Shown: in pieces, positions 1-8,428 of the stretch | Layout: each line of letters begins with the position of its first letter | Numbering within the stretch: the stretch's first letter is position 1 | Origin: an uncultured bacterium | Lineage (GTDB): Bacteria; Fermentibacterota; Fermentibacteria; Fermentibacterales; JCC-6 | Assembly: GCA_964426545.1 (NCBI GenBank) | Contig: CAYRQP010000001.1 | Coordinates: 42,322-106,321 of the forward strand | Direction: 5' to 3' | Length of the DNA stretch: 64,000 nucleotides | Program-made: the position numbers and the translations under genes | The notes under the pieces: model-generated | Database searches by the model: none | Told to the model about the DNA's origin: nothing | Seen by the model: only the letters and a program-made list of their open reading frames with translations

Positions 1-347
1 GCTGAATGTAAGTGATGTAGGCTCATAGGTACCGAATAGAAGCGACTCTGGAATAATGCACCTTTTACTTCATGCCTTTTGTTGAATGAGCATGAGTAAG
101 TTTTGTGACTTTCGCCCATGACTTTCGATAGACTCTCTTTTGAGCCGGGTACAACAATGAGATGGACATGATTTGTCATCAGACACCAACTGATAATCTC
201 AAGATCATACTTCTCGGAAAATTCAGCAAGCAGTTTGATATAGTAATTCCTGTCTATGTCAGACTCAAAGATATCCGTCGAACGCACCCCGCGCTGAGTC
301 ACGTGATGTGGAATTCCCTGCAATACAATTCTTTCTTTTCTTCCCAT
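1..347 (-). mobile_element. REP-associated tyrosine transposase (RAYT; IS200/IS605 Y1 HUH superfamily), 3' end runs off the window
   Basis: Not in the ORF track. Manual translation from ATG 347 gives MGRKERIVLQGIPHHVTQRG...ISWCLMTNHVHLIVVP...GALFQSRFYSVP. HVTQRG, LMTNHVHL (HUH motif) and LFQxRF are typical RAYT motifs. Confidence 0.88.
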
Positions 348-353
348 ACTACT

Positions 354-382
354 GTTTTACTCGATAAATGCAGGTTTGTCAA
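354..382 (-). promoter_or_regulatory. sigma70-type promoter of the RAYT gene, probably leaderless
   Basis: The minus strand reads TTGACA-17 nt-TAAAAC, then 6 nt to the ATG, with no room for a Shine-Dalgarno. Confidence 0.6.
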
Positions 383-404
383 GTAGTAGAGAAAAGTGCG
401 CAAT

Positions 405-471
405 AAGTGCCTGGCACTTTTTTAAACGCATGCTACAGCGGGGTTCATGTGAAAATATAGTGCCTGGCACT
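405..471. repeat. Two copies of palindrome AGTGCCTGGCACT (REP-like family A) upstream of the RAYT
   Basis: aagtgcc-t-ggcactt at 405-419 and agtgcc-t-ggcact at 459-471, both followed by T runs. Confidence 0.75.
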
Positions 472-481
472 TTTTCATATG

Positions 482-512
482 AAAAAAAAGCGGCGGACCG
501 AAGTCCGCCGCT
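482..512 (-). terminator. Rho-independent terminator of pilA
   Basis: Minus strand AGCGGCGGAC-TTCG-GTCCGCCGCT followed by a T run; perfect 10-bp stem with a cUUCGg loop, about 20 nt after the pilA stop. Confidence 0.9.
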
Positions 513-533
513 AAGAACTAACATCAAACTAGA

Positions 534-929
534 TCAGTCTGCGTACGAACCGCCCCAGCTCTTGATACCTGTGAGGATCTCACCGTGCTGACGGGATTCC
601 GTCGGGCAACCAAGGTCATATGTCTCGTCGTTCTCGAGAGCATTGTCAGTTGTGAGTTCATATGCTGTGTCTACATCTTCCGGGCATCTCCAGCTTTCGC
701 AACCCTGAAGTATTCTGGAAGTGTTAAGACCAGTAAGTAATGCATACTGGTGACCAGGACGTGTGTAGTACATACCTTCGCCTGTGGCTATACTACCCAT
801 TTGGGCACGGCATGCTGATTCTTTTGCCTGCTCCTGCACACTAGAAAATCTAGGTATTGCGATTGCAGCAAGAATACCAATGATGACCACAACGATCATC
901 AGTTCGATGAGGGTGAAACCTTTTTTCAT
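534..929 (-). CDS. pilA: Type IVa major pilin
   Basis: Class III signal MKKG|FTLIELMIVVVIIGILAAIAIP with E5. Own sigma54-type promoter and strong terminator; next to pilRS. Start moved from 959 to ATG 929 on AAGGA spacing (935 or 938 also possible). Confidence 0.88.
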   Translation of the reverse strand: MKKGFTLIELMIVVVIIGILAAIAIPRFSSVQEQAKESACRAQMGSIATGEGMYYTRPGHQYALLTGLNTSRILQGCESWRCPEDVDTAYELTTDNALENDETYDLGCPTESRQHGEILTGIKSWGGSYAD

Positions 930-999
930 CTTCATCATCCTTTCGTTTAGGGTTAACATTAACCAGCACTAAAAAACTTTTTTAGCACAACGGTACAGT

Positions 1000-1015
1000 T
1001 GCAATATTCATGCCA
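1000..1015 (-). promoter_or_regulatory. sigma54 (-24/-12) promoter of pilA
   Basis: Minus strand TGGCAT-GAATA-TTGCA matches TGGCAC-N5-TTGCA; the adjacent gene encodes a sigma54 activator. Confidence 0.85.
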
Positions 1016-1156
1016 GATGCTAATTTATGTGTTTTAATGCCTGTGTTAGGGCATTATGCGCACATATGCAGCCTTAATACTGTGTATTCGAAGAATTGCG
1101 TTGATTGTGAGTTGCATATTGCAAGTACATGATAAAACACGGCCATTGTATCCAAC

Positions 1157-1207
1157 GACATGATTCCTTCGTGTCCCGTTTTGCTATTTTACCCTTCGTG
1201 TCCCGTT
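1157..1207. repeat. REP-like family C: GACATGATTCCTTCGTGTCCCGTT plus a 15-nt partial direct copy
   Basis: CCTTCGTGTCCCGTT at 1166-1180 and 1193-1207. 1157-1180 matches 47099-47122 at 22/24 nt. Confidence 0.7.
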
Positions 1208-1269
1208 AATAGCACCGCCATTTATTTCAGCAAAAGTACAGTACGTCACCACTTGCACCAAAAATGTTC

Positions 1270-2640
1270 TCATTCACTATACCGCTTCAACCTCCGATGC
1301 AACGTGCTCTCATCTATACCGAGTATCCTGGCTGCCTGGCGCTTGTTTCCTTTTGCCCGGTAGTCCAGTACATACATTGTATATGCCTTTTCCACTTCTT
1401 CCAGTGTCGGAGAGGTACCATTGATTGTAGGTGCTTCTTCTGTATCGGTTTCTGATACCTGCATTTCTCTTATGGATTCAGGGATATCTTCGACTTCTAT
1501 CGTATCCCCCGAGGTCATAATACAAAGCCTCTCTACGAGATTTTCAAGCTCCCTAATATTCCCGGGCCACTTATAATTGATAAGCAGTTCCATCGAAGCT
1601 TCGCTGAATAACCTTGGGGTCTCTCCTTCAGCGACATGGTCGAAAACGAAATACTCGACCAGAAGTGGGATATCTTCCGATCTTTCCCGCAGCGGTGGGA
1701 CATGAAGTGGTATTACATTCAACCTGTAGTACAGATCGGCTCTGAAACTCTTATCCCTGACCATTCCATGAATGTCAACATTTGTCGCAGCCACAATCCT
1801 GGCATCGAATGGAACATATTTAGTTCCGCCTACAGGAAGCACCTGTTTGTCCTGCAGTGCCCTCAGGACTTTTACCTGCAGTTCCCTATCCAGTTCACCT
1901 ACTTCATCAAGGAAAAAGGTCCCGCCTTCAGCTGCGACAAGCAGTCCTTTTTTGTCTTTATGTGCACCTGTGAAAGAACCTTTCATGTGACCGAAGAGTT
2001 CGCTTTCGAGGAGACTCTTCGTAAAACTGCCGCAGTTCACGCCAAGGAAAGGTCTGTCCGCTCTTGAACTGCTGTAGTGTATGGCTTTTGCAATAAGTTC
2101 CTTTCCCGTGCCTGTCTCTCCGGTAATAAGTACAGTGGCATCTTTATCTGCAATTACCCTGACCTTCTCGAGCAGTTCTATCAGGGACTCTGCCTTTCCT
2201 ATTATGCCCTCGACACTGAATTTCTTTCTCACGCTTAGTTTAAGGGTCTTATTCTCTTTCTTAAGGCTGAGGTTTTCCATTCCCCTTTCTATCGCTATAA
2301 GAAGCTGGTCGACTTCAAAGGGTTTGATCAGATAGTCCGAAGCACCTTTTCTAATGGCGTCTATAGCACTGTCAACACTCGAAAATGCAGTCATAACGAT
2401 TCCAATTACATCAGGTGACTTCTCCCTGAGTTTTTCAAGAAGTTCAAGACCGCTCATACCCGGCATCTTAATGTCGACTATCGCAATATCCGGCGTACTT
2501 TTCTTTGCTCCCTTTAGGGCTGCTTCTCCGTTTGGATATACTGAGACTGTATAGCCGTTCTGCTCAAGCAAAATGGAAAGCCACTCCAGCATCCCTTCTT
2601 CATCATCCACTATCATTACATGTACATCATCAGCCATCAA
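1270..2640 (-). CDS. pilR: sigma54-dependent response regulator (NtrC family, PilR-like)
   Basis: Receiver domain (IVDDE, DIKMP), AAA+ GETGTGKE, GSFTGA loop, DEVGE, C-terminal Fis-type HTH; lies between pilS and pilA. Confidence 0.85.
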   Translation of the reverse strand: MMADDVHVMIVDDEEGMLEWLSILLEQNGYTVSVYPNGEAALKGAKKSTPDIAIVDIKMPGMSGLELLEKLREKSPDVIGIVMTAFSSVDSAIDAIRKGASDYLIKPFEVDQLLIAIERGMENLSLKKENKTLKLSVRKKFSVEGIIGKAESLIELLEKVRVIADKDATVLITGETGTGKELIAKAIHYSSSRADRPFLGVNCGSFTKSLLESELFGHMKGSFTGAHKDKKGLLVAAEGGTFFLDEVGELDRELQVKVLRALQDKQVLPVGGTKYVPFDARIVAATNVDIHGMVRDKSFRADLYYRLNVIPLHVPPLRERSEDIPLLVEYFVFDHVAEGETPRLFSEASMELLINYKWPGNIRELENLVERLCIMTSGDTIEVEDIPESIREMQVSETDTEEAPTINGTSPTLEEVEKAYTMYVLDYRAKGNKRQAARILGIDESTLHRRLKRYSE

Positions 2641-4292
2641 TCGACATCTCCGGATTCATCAAGTGTAACTCCCCTAGGTACCTGTGTAAATCTTATCTTA
2701 ATTGAAGTGCCCCCCTCAGGAATACTCTCAATGCTCAGGGTTCCGTTATGGTCATCGACTATGCGTTTGACAACATAAAGCCCCAGTCCGGTCCCGGTTT
2801 CTTTAGTCGTAAAAAACGGCTCAAATAGATGCGTCAGAACATCATCGGATATCCCTGAACCATTATCACTGACAACTAACTCGATAGCATTGTGTTCGGG
2901 TATTGCTACTATGGTAACTTTAATCTTGCCAATATTCTCATTTTCGATAGATTCGGTTGAGTTCCGCAACAGATTTGTAAGAAGTTGAACAAGACGCGTC
3001 TGACTTCCGAATATTATATAATCCACTTCAACCTGTGTTATTATTTCCATCTGCCAGCCAAATCCCTGTTTCGCTACTTCAACAGACTCTGTGATTACTG
3101 ACTGAAGTGATACGGGATCTGTATAATCTGTTTTGCGTTCACGGGTCAATTCAAGATAGCCTTCGATTATCTCTGATATCCTCTTCACCTGCCTGCTGAT
3201 GAGTTTCGTCATCCTGTTTGACTTTTCCCAGTCGAGATTGCCAAGACTCAAAATGTGTGCTGCACCACTCATGGACGCTAGCGGATTCCGTATTTCGTGT
3301 GCCAGAGTACTTGATAGACGTCCTACTACAGCCAGTTTTTCCTGCTGCTGCAGCATATTCCGTAATCTTACTGTCTCAGTAATGTCAGTCATGGCAACGA
3401 TTATACCTGCTGCATTTCCCGCTACATCAAGAAACTGCCCGTACTTGCAGAGGAGAATCGTGTCATCGATATAGATATTCTGCAATTCCCCGGCTGTACC
3501 GACCACACCTTTGGTAGTCAGTTGTTTAAAGAGATCGTTTTCGATGATCTTGCGTTTCCAGTTCGAAGAAGATAATCCGAGTATTCTGAGTCCGGCACGA
3601 TTTACTGCAATGGGTTTCCCGTCGCTTCTTATTACAAGTACGCCATCTGAAAGGCTCTGAAGAATCTCTCTGGACATGGCACGGGCTTCAGAGAGTTCTC
3701 TTGATACAACTTCGGCTCTTCCCCTATGGAAGATAAGATGTTCGGACAGGTATCCGGAAATGAGACCGGTAATCAACAAGAGCCCGCCATTTATCAATAC
3801 TAAAAGGCCTGCATATTGACTTGATACATTTGCCGGGATCTTACTGAGTATCTTTGTCAATGCGCTGGCCGGCAGCGGTACGAAACCTGCGATTGTCAAA
3901 TATGCCAGAATACTTATCACAAGAGTATCAGAGAGTGCAATCACTGCCCCGCCCTTTACGCCGAGATAGACACCTGCTATAAATGTGTGAAGGAAGAAGA
4001 TAATCGCAAAGGGTCCGTCGAAACCTCCGGAGAACTGAATCAGTATCCCGGCAAGAACAGCATCAGTCCAGAAGAGTACCCAGGTCAGGAACTCCCTTTC
4101 GGGGTTGTATTTTCTGTAGACGACATCCAGAATAATGGTAATTATGACTACAATATCAATAAGCAGAAATATCTGGCCGTGCTTCCAGCCAAGGAAGATT
4201 ATTCCCAAAGCTGCGAATAACCCGAATACAATGAAACGCCCTATAAGGAACCATGCATGGCGATCTATGGTTGTATTGAAAATTCTGCTCAT
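2637..4292 (-). CDS. pilS: Membrane sensor histidine kinase (PilS-like)
   Basis: About 6 N-terminal TM helices, PAS-like region, LAHEIRNPL H-box, DNGSG, FEPFFTTK, GTGLGL; 4-nt overlap with pilR. Confidence 0.82.
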   Translation of the reverse strand: MSRIFNTTIDRHAWFLIGRFIVFGLFAALGIIFLGWKHGQIFLLIDIVVIITIILDVVYRKYNPEREFLTWVLFWTDAVLAGILIQFSGGFDGPFAIIFFLHTFIAGVYLGVKGGAVIALSDTLVISILAYLTIAGFVPLPASALTKILSKIPANVSSQYAGLLVLINGGLLLITGLISGYLSEHLIFHRGRAEVVSRELSEARAMSREILQSLSDGVLVIRSDGKPIAVNRAGLRILGLSSSNWKRKIIENDLFKQLTTKGVVGTAGELQNIYIDDTILLCKYGQFLDVAGNAAGIIVAMTDITETVRLRNMLQQQEKLAVVGRLSSTLAHEIRNPLASMSGAAHILSLGNLDWEKSNRMTKLISRQVKRISEIIEGYLELTRERKTDYTDPVSLQSVITESVEVAKQGFGWQMEIITQVEVDYIIFGSQTRLVQLLTNLLRNSTESIENENIGKIKVTIVAIPEHNAIELVVSDNGSGISDDVLTHLFEPFFTTKETGTGLGLYVVKRIVDDHNGTLSIESIPEGGTSIKIRFTQVPRGVTLDESGDVD

Positions 4293-4319
4293 ACTTTTTC
4301 TTCCGTTGATAATTACCGG

Positions 4320-5525
4320 TTAAATAGACTCTCCAATAAGTGAGAATATCGGCAGGTACATTGCAATAACAATCCCGCCGACGATCAGTCCAAGGATGAC
4401 AATCATTATCGGCTCGAGGGTGGCAGTCAGACCCCCTACAGCGGTATCGACTTCCTCTTCATAGAAGTCGGCAACTTTCATGAGCATGACATCGAGTCCG
4501 CCGGTTTCTTCTCCGACGGAGATCATCTGAGTAACCATACTCGGAAATATATTCGATTCTGCAAGCGGTTTGGCTATAGTTTCACCACTGGAAATTGCGA
4601 CCCTTGCATCGAGAATTGCATCTGAAACAACTCTGTTTCCGGAAGTTTTGGCAGTAATGGTCAATCCATCGAGAATAGCAACACCGCTAGAGATAAGCGT
4701 TCCGAGAGTTCGTGTAAATCGTGCAATTGACATCTTTCTCTGAAGAGGACCGAGAACAGGCATTTTCAACTTAACGGTGTCTATGATCCTCTCACCCACA
4801 TCTGTCTTGTAAGCGAAATTAAATCCTGCTATGAGGGCAACTACGCCAATGACAATAAGAAGGAAGTATGCCTGTACAAACTCTGATGCATCGACGACTA
4901 TCTGCGTAGGAAGGGGTAATGCACTCTCCAGCGATACGAACATCTGCTGAAATATGGGGATAACAAAGAGAAGCAGTGCCATCACGACAAGTACAACGAC
5001 TATCAGAACGACAGACGGGTACATCATTGCTGTCTTGATTTTTGCTTTCAGGGCAGATGACTTTTCGAGGTGAACCGCAAGCCTGTTCAGAATCGTGTCG
5101 AGAATACCCCCCTGTTCACCGGCACTGACCATATTGACATAAAGTTCTGAAAATATCTTATCATGTTTCCCGAGAGCCTCTGCAAGCGTCCCGCCCTTTT
5201 CAACATCGGAATTGACTTCCGCTATCGCTTCGGCAAATATCTTGTTCTCCTGCTGCCTGCTGAGTATCTGAAGACATTTAACCAGCGGGAGTCCCGCATT
5301 GATCATCGTTGAGAACTGTCTTGTAAAGGCAGCCAGATCCTTGTCCTTTATACCAGTACCGATAGTTCCGAGGGCATCGAGATTCAGTCCCGGGCTTTTT
5401 ACTTTGGTGACTTCCAGACCGCGCCGTCTCAGAAGTTCAGTTGCCTCGACCTTCGTGGCTGCCTGTATCTTCCCGGACAGTACTTCACCTGATCTACTTT
5501 TCCCCTGCCACAAAAATTCAGGCAT
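4320..5525 (-). CDS. pilC: Type IV pilus inner-membrane platform protein (GspF family)
   Basis: FTRQFSTMINAGLPL, GEQGGILD, AMMYP, GEETGGLD, LEPIMIV, AMYLPIF. Confidence 0.95.
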   Translation of the reverse strand: MPEFLWQGKSRSGEVLSGKIQAATKVEATELLRRRGLEVTKVKSPGLNLDALGTIGTGIKDKDLAAFTRQFSTMINAGLPLVKCLQILSRQQENKIFAEAIAEVNSDVEKGGTLAEALGKHDKIFSELYVNMVSAGEQGGILDTILNRLAVHLEKSSALKAKIKTAMMYPSVVLIVVVLVVMALLLFVIPIFQQMFVSLESALPLPTQIVVDASEFVQAYFLLIVIGVVALIAGFNFAYKTDVGERIIDTVKLKMPVLGPLQRKMSIARFTRTLGTLISSGVAILDGLTITAKTSGNRVVSDAILDARVAISSGETIAKPLAESNIFPSMVTQMISVGEETGGLDVMLMKVADFYEEEVDTAVGGLTATLEPIMIVILGLIVGGIVIAMYLPIFSLIGESI

Positions 5526-5535
5526 ATCTCCTCCG

Positions 5536-6606
5536 TCAGATTATTTCCTGCCCTGAAATGATCATCTGTTCGAGTTCAAGCGGTTTGGACGACCTTTCAA
5601 GAGCAACTTCTCTTGTGATTTCTTTTTTCGAGTACAAATAATAGAGTGACTGGTTCATCGTATACATACCGTGCTTCTGTCCCGCCTGCATCATACCGTA
5701 TATCTGATGAAGTTTATCGGTCCGAATTGTTGCCTTTACGGCATTTGTGCATACAAGAACTTCAGCAACCAACAATCGACCGGTGCCCCTTGCTCGCGGT
5801 ACGAGTTGCTGTGTAATTACACCCAGAAGTACAAATGACAACTGGCTTCGAACCTGCTCCTGACTCGTTGCCGGAAATGTGTCTATTATCCTGTTAATGG
5901 ACTCATAGGTCGAGTTTGTATGGAGTGTAGCGAGAGTCAGGTGACCTGTTTCTGCAATATTCAGTGCAACCTGCATTGTCTCGAGGTCTCTCATCTCACC
6001 TATCAGCACAACATCCGGGTCCTGTCTGAGAACATATTTGAGTGAATCACCGAATCCAGACGTGTCCTGTCCGATCTCCCTCTGGTTCACGATTCCCTTG
6101 TCATGGTGATGAACATATTCAATTGGATCCTCAATAGTGATGATATGACACCTGCGAGTGTGGTTCACTTTACGGATGATAGATGCGAGTGTTGTCGATT
6201 TACCGCACCCTGTGGGACCTGTGACAAGAATAAGCCCCTGCCGTTTTTCTGAAAGTACCTTTACTGCATCCGGAAGTCCGAGTTCATCGAAGTCGAGAAT
6301 CTCATGCGGTATCGCTCTGATGGCACATGCCACACAGTTTCGCTGCATGAATACATTACCCCTGAACCGGGAGAGTCCTTTTATTCCGAATGCAAAATCG
6401 AGTTCCTTCTCCAGTTCGAAACGCTTTTTCTGCTCATCTTTAAGAAGGCTGTAGACAAGGTCCTGAGTATCTTCCGCTTCAAGCGGGTCATATTCCATTC
6501 GGACGAGTTCTCCATCAATTCTGAGAACCGGCGGTGCACCTACTGTCAGGTGAATGTCTGTAGCCCGTCTTTCCATCATTTCCTTTAAAAGTGTTTTGAT
6601 AAACAT
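5536..6606 (-). CDS. pilT: Type IV pilus retraction ATPase
   Basis: GPTGCGKSTT, TIEDPIEY, LRQDPDVVLIGEMRD, AETGHLTLATLHT. The AIRNLIRE motif reads AVKATIRT. Confidence 0.93.
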   Translation of the reverse strand: MFIKTLLKEMMERRATDIHLTVGAPPVLRIDGELVRMEYDPLEAEDTQDLVYSLLKDEQKKRFELEKELDFAFGIKGLSRFRGNVFMQRNCVACAIRAIPHEILDFDELGLPDAVKVLSEKRQGLILVTGPTGCGKSTTLASIIRKVNHTRRCHIITIEDPIEYVHHHDKGIVNQREIGQDTSGFGDSLKYVLRQDPDVVLIGEMRDLETMQVALNIAETGHLTLATLHTNSTYESINRIIDTFPATSQEQVRSQLSFVLLGVITQQLVPRARGTGRLLVAEVLVCTNAVKATIRTDKLHQIYGMMQAGQKHGMYTMNQSLYYLYSKKEITREVALERSSKPLELEQMIISGQEII

Positions 6607-6608
6607 GA

Positions 6609-8417
6609 TTAAGCTGATTCTCCTTCTTTGTCCTGCTCTTCTCTCATTTGTGCTGCAAGCTCGGTAACTGCTTCGAGAATCTCCGGGTCATCTTCTGCCG
6701 TAACTCTCTTAACCTCTTCAAGAGTGGTGATACCGGATTTCATTTTCGCCACAGCGTCCATTCTCAGGGTTCTCATTCCGTCTCTGACACCCATAACACG
6801 CAACTGTCCGGCAGTGACTCTGTTAATTATTGACTGCCTTACATTCTTTGTAACAGACAATACTTCATAGAGTCCGATTCTGCCTCTATAGCCGTATCCT
6901 GTACAGTTCGAACATCCGCCACCCTTGTAGGTCGTGACTCCCCGCATTTCTTCGGGGTCGACACCTACTGCAAGGAATTCGTCATCTGTGTACTCGTGGG
7001 GGTCCTTGCATTTCTTACATATCTTTTTCACAAGTCTCTGTGCCATAATTGTCCGTACCGCAGAAGCAACAAGGAACGGTTTTATTCCAATATCCACAAG
7101 CCTGTTCACCGTGCTTGGGGCATCATTGGTGTGGATTGTCGAGAATACGAGATGTCCTGTAAGTGCAGCCTTGATTGCAATAGTCGCTGTTTCGAGGTCG
7201 CGAATCTCTCCCACCATGATGATATTGGGATCCTGCCTTAATATTGCCCGAAGTGCAAAGGCAAAGTCGTAACCCATCGAGAAGTCTATCTGAGTCTGGG
7301 TAAGACCGTCTATATTGTATTCGACCGGTTCTTCCGCTGTGTGGATGTTTGTCTTCGGAGTATTCAGTGAACTCAATGCAGAATAGAGTGTGGTTGTCTT
7401 CCCGCTTCCGGTAGGTCCTGTAACCAATACAATTCCATAAGGTGAGTTCACACCTTTCATGAAGACTCCAAGTGCATCTTCAGGAAAACCAAGTTCACGA
7501 AGGTCGAATTCGAGACTGCCTCTGTCCAGAATTCGAAGAACTATCTTTTCGCCATTAACCGTTGGAACACAACTCACACGGAAGTCAATCCATCTTCCAT
7601 CTATCTTTGCCTTGATTCTGCCGTCCTGAGTCTTGCGCTTCTCGGCAATGTTCATGCCTGCCATGATTTTCAGTCTGCTGATTATCTGCGGCTGAATCTG
7701 CTTCGGTAGTTTTCGAACCGTGAAACAGGAACCATCGCGCCTGTATCGTATCCGCAGATGTCTTTCATAAGGTTCCACATGAATATCGCTAATTTCACTT
7801 CGGACTGCTCTTGCTATCATCTCATTCACATATTTAATGACAGGTCCGGAAGTAGCCATGGTATATTCGTCTTCGAGGTCATCTATATCACTTTCATCAT
7901 CGCTGTAATCCTGCAGGGTACCCACAATTTCAAGGTCATCGAGTTCATCATCATAGTCGAGAATAGTGTCTTCGACAGATACCAGGTCATCTATCTTTCC
8001 GTACAGTTCATCCTGTGCCCTGCGAACCGCTGAAGGTGCCGCTGCCTTGGCTATCACTTCATATCCTACCGCAAACTTGACATCATCGATTGCATAAAGG
8101 TCACCGGGAGAACCCATGGCGACATAGAAGTACTCACCGTCGAAACTCAGTGGAACCAGTAGAAATTTTCGTGCGATATCTTCAGGGAGTTTCTGCGTCA
8201 TTTCAGTCGAAATCGTAATCTCATCAAGAAATGCAGGTTCTACTGAGTATATCTCAGCAAGAAATTCAGTAATGAGGTCTTCAGGGATAGTACCCGTTGC
8301 AATCAGATTATCCGAAAGCTCTATCTCACCGGGACCAAACTCCCGACCGATATCCTCGATGTCCTCTTGAGTCACCATTCCGGATTCAAGCAGCATCAAT
8401 GCAAGTTTACTAAGCAC
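6609..8417 (-). CDS. pilB: Type IV pilus extension ATPase, paralogue 2 (degenerate N-terminal MshEN region)
   Basis: SDIHVEP, GPTGSGKTTT, LRQDPNIIMVGEIRD, TGHLVFSTIHTND, CKKC...CSNC zinc motif, GYRGRIG. Confidence 0.88.
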   Translation of the reverse strand: MLSKLALMLLESGMVTQEDIEDIGREFGPGEIELSDNLIATGTIPEDLITEFLAEIYSVEPAFLDEITISTEMTQKLPEDIARKFLLVPLSFDGEYFYVAMGSPGDLYAIDDVKFAVGYEVIAKAAAPSAVRRAQDELYGKIDDLVSVEDTILDYDDELDDLEIVGTLQDYSDDESDIDDLEDEYTMATSGPVIKYVNEMIARAVRSEISDIHVEPYERHLRIRYRRDGSCFTVRKLPKQIQPQIISRLKIMAGMNIAEKRKTQDGRIKAKIDGRWIDFRVSCVPTVNGEKIVLRILDRGSLEFDLRELGFPEDALGVFMKGVNSPYGIVLVTGPTGSGKTTTLYSALSSLNTPKTNIHTAEEPVEYNIDGLTQTQIDFSMGYDFAFALRAILRQDPNIIMVGEIRDLETATIAIKAALTGHLVFSTIHTNDAPSTVNRLVDIGIKPFLVASAVRTIMAQRLVKKICKKCKDPHEYTDDEFLAVGVDPEEMRGVTTYKGGGCSNCTGYGYRGRIGLYEVLSVTKNVRQSIINRVTAGQLRVMGVRDGMRTLRMDAVAKMKSGITTLEEVKRVTAEDDPEILEAVTELAAQMREEQDKEGESA

Positions 8418-8428
8418 TGCTATCCCCC

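Noticed and set aside
162-591. Plus-strand ORFs 162-386 and 376-591
   Set aside because: They are shadows of the minus-strand RAYT, its promoter, the palindromes and the pilA terminator; no protein motifs.
969-985. CTAAAAAA-C-TTTTTTAG palindrome in the pilA leader as a riboswitch or terminator
   Set aside because: Almost all A-T pairs with a 1-nt centre; too weak to assign a function.
1157-1207. Direct repeats as a possible mini-CRISPR
   Set aside because: Only two 15-nt copies 12 nt apart and no cas genes; better explained as REP-like family C.
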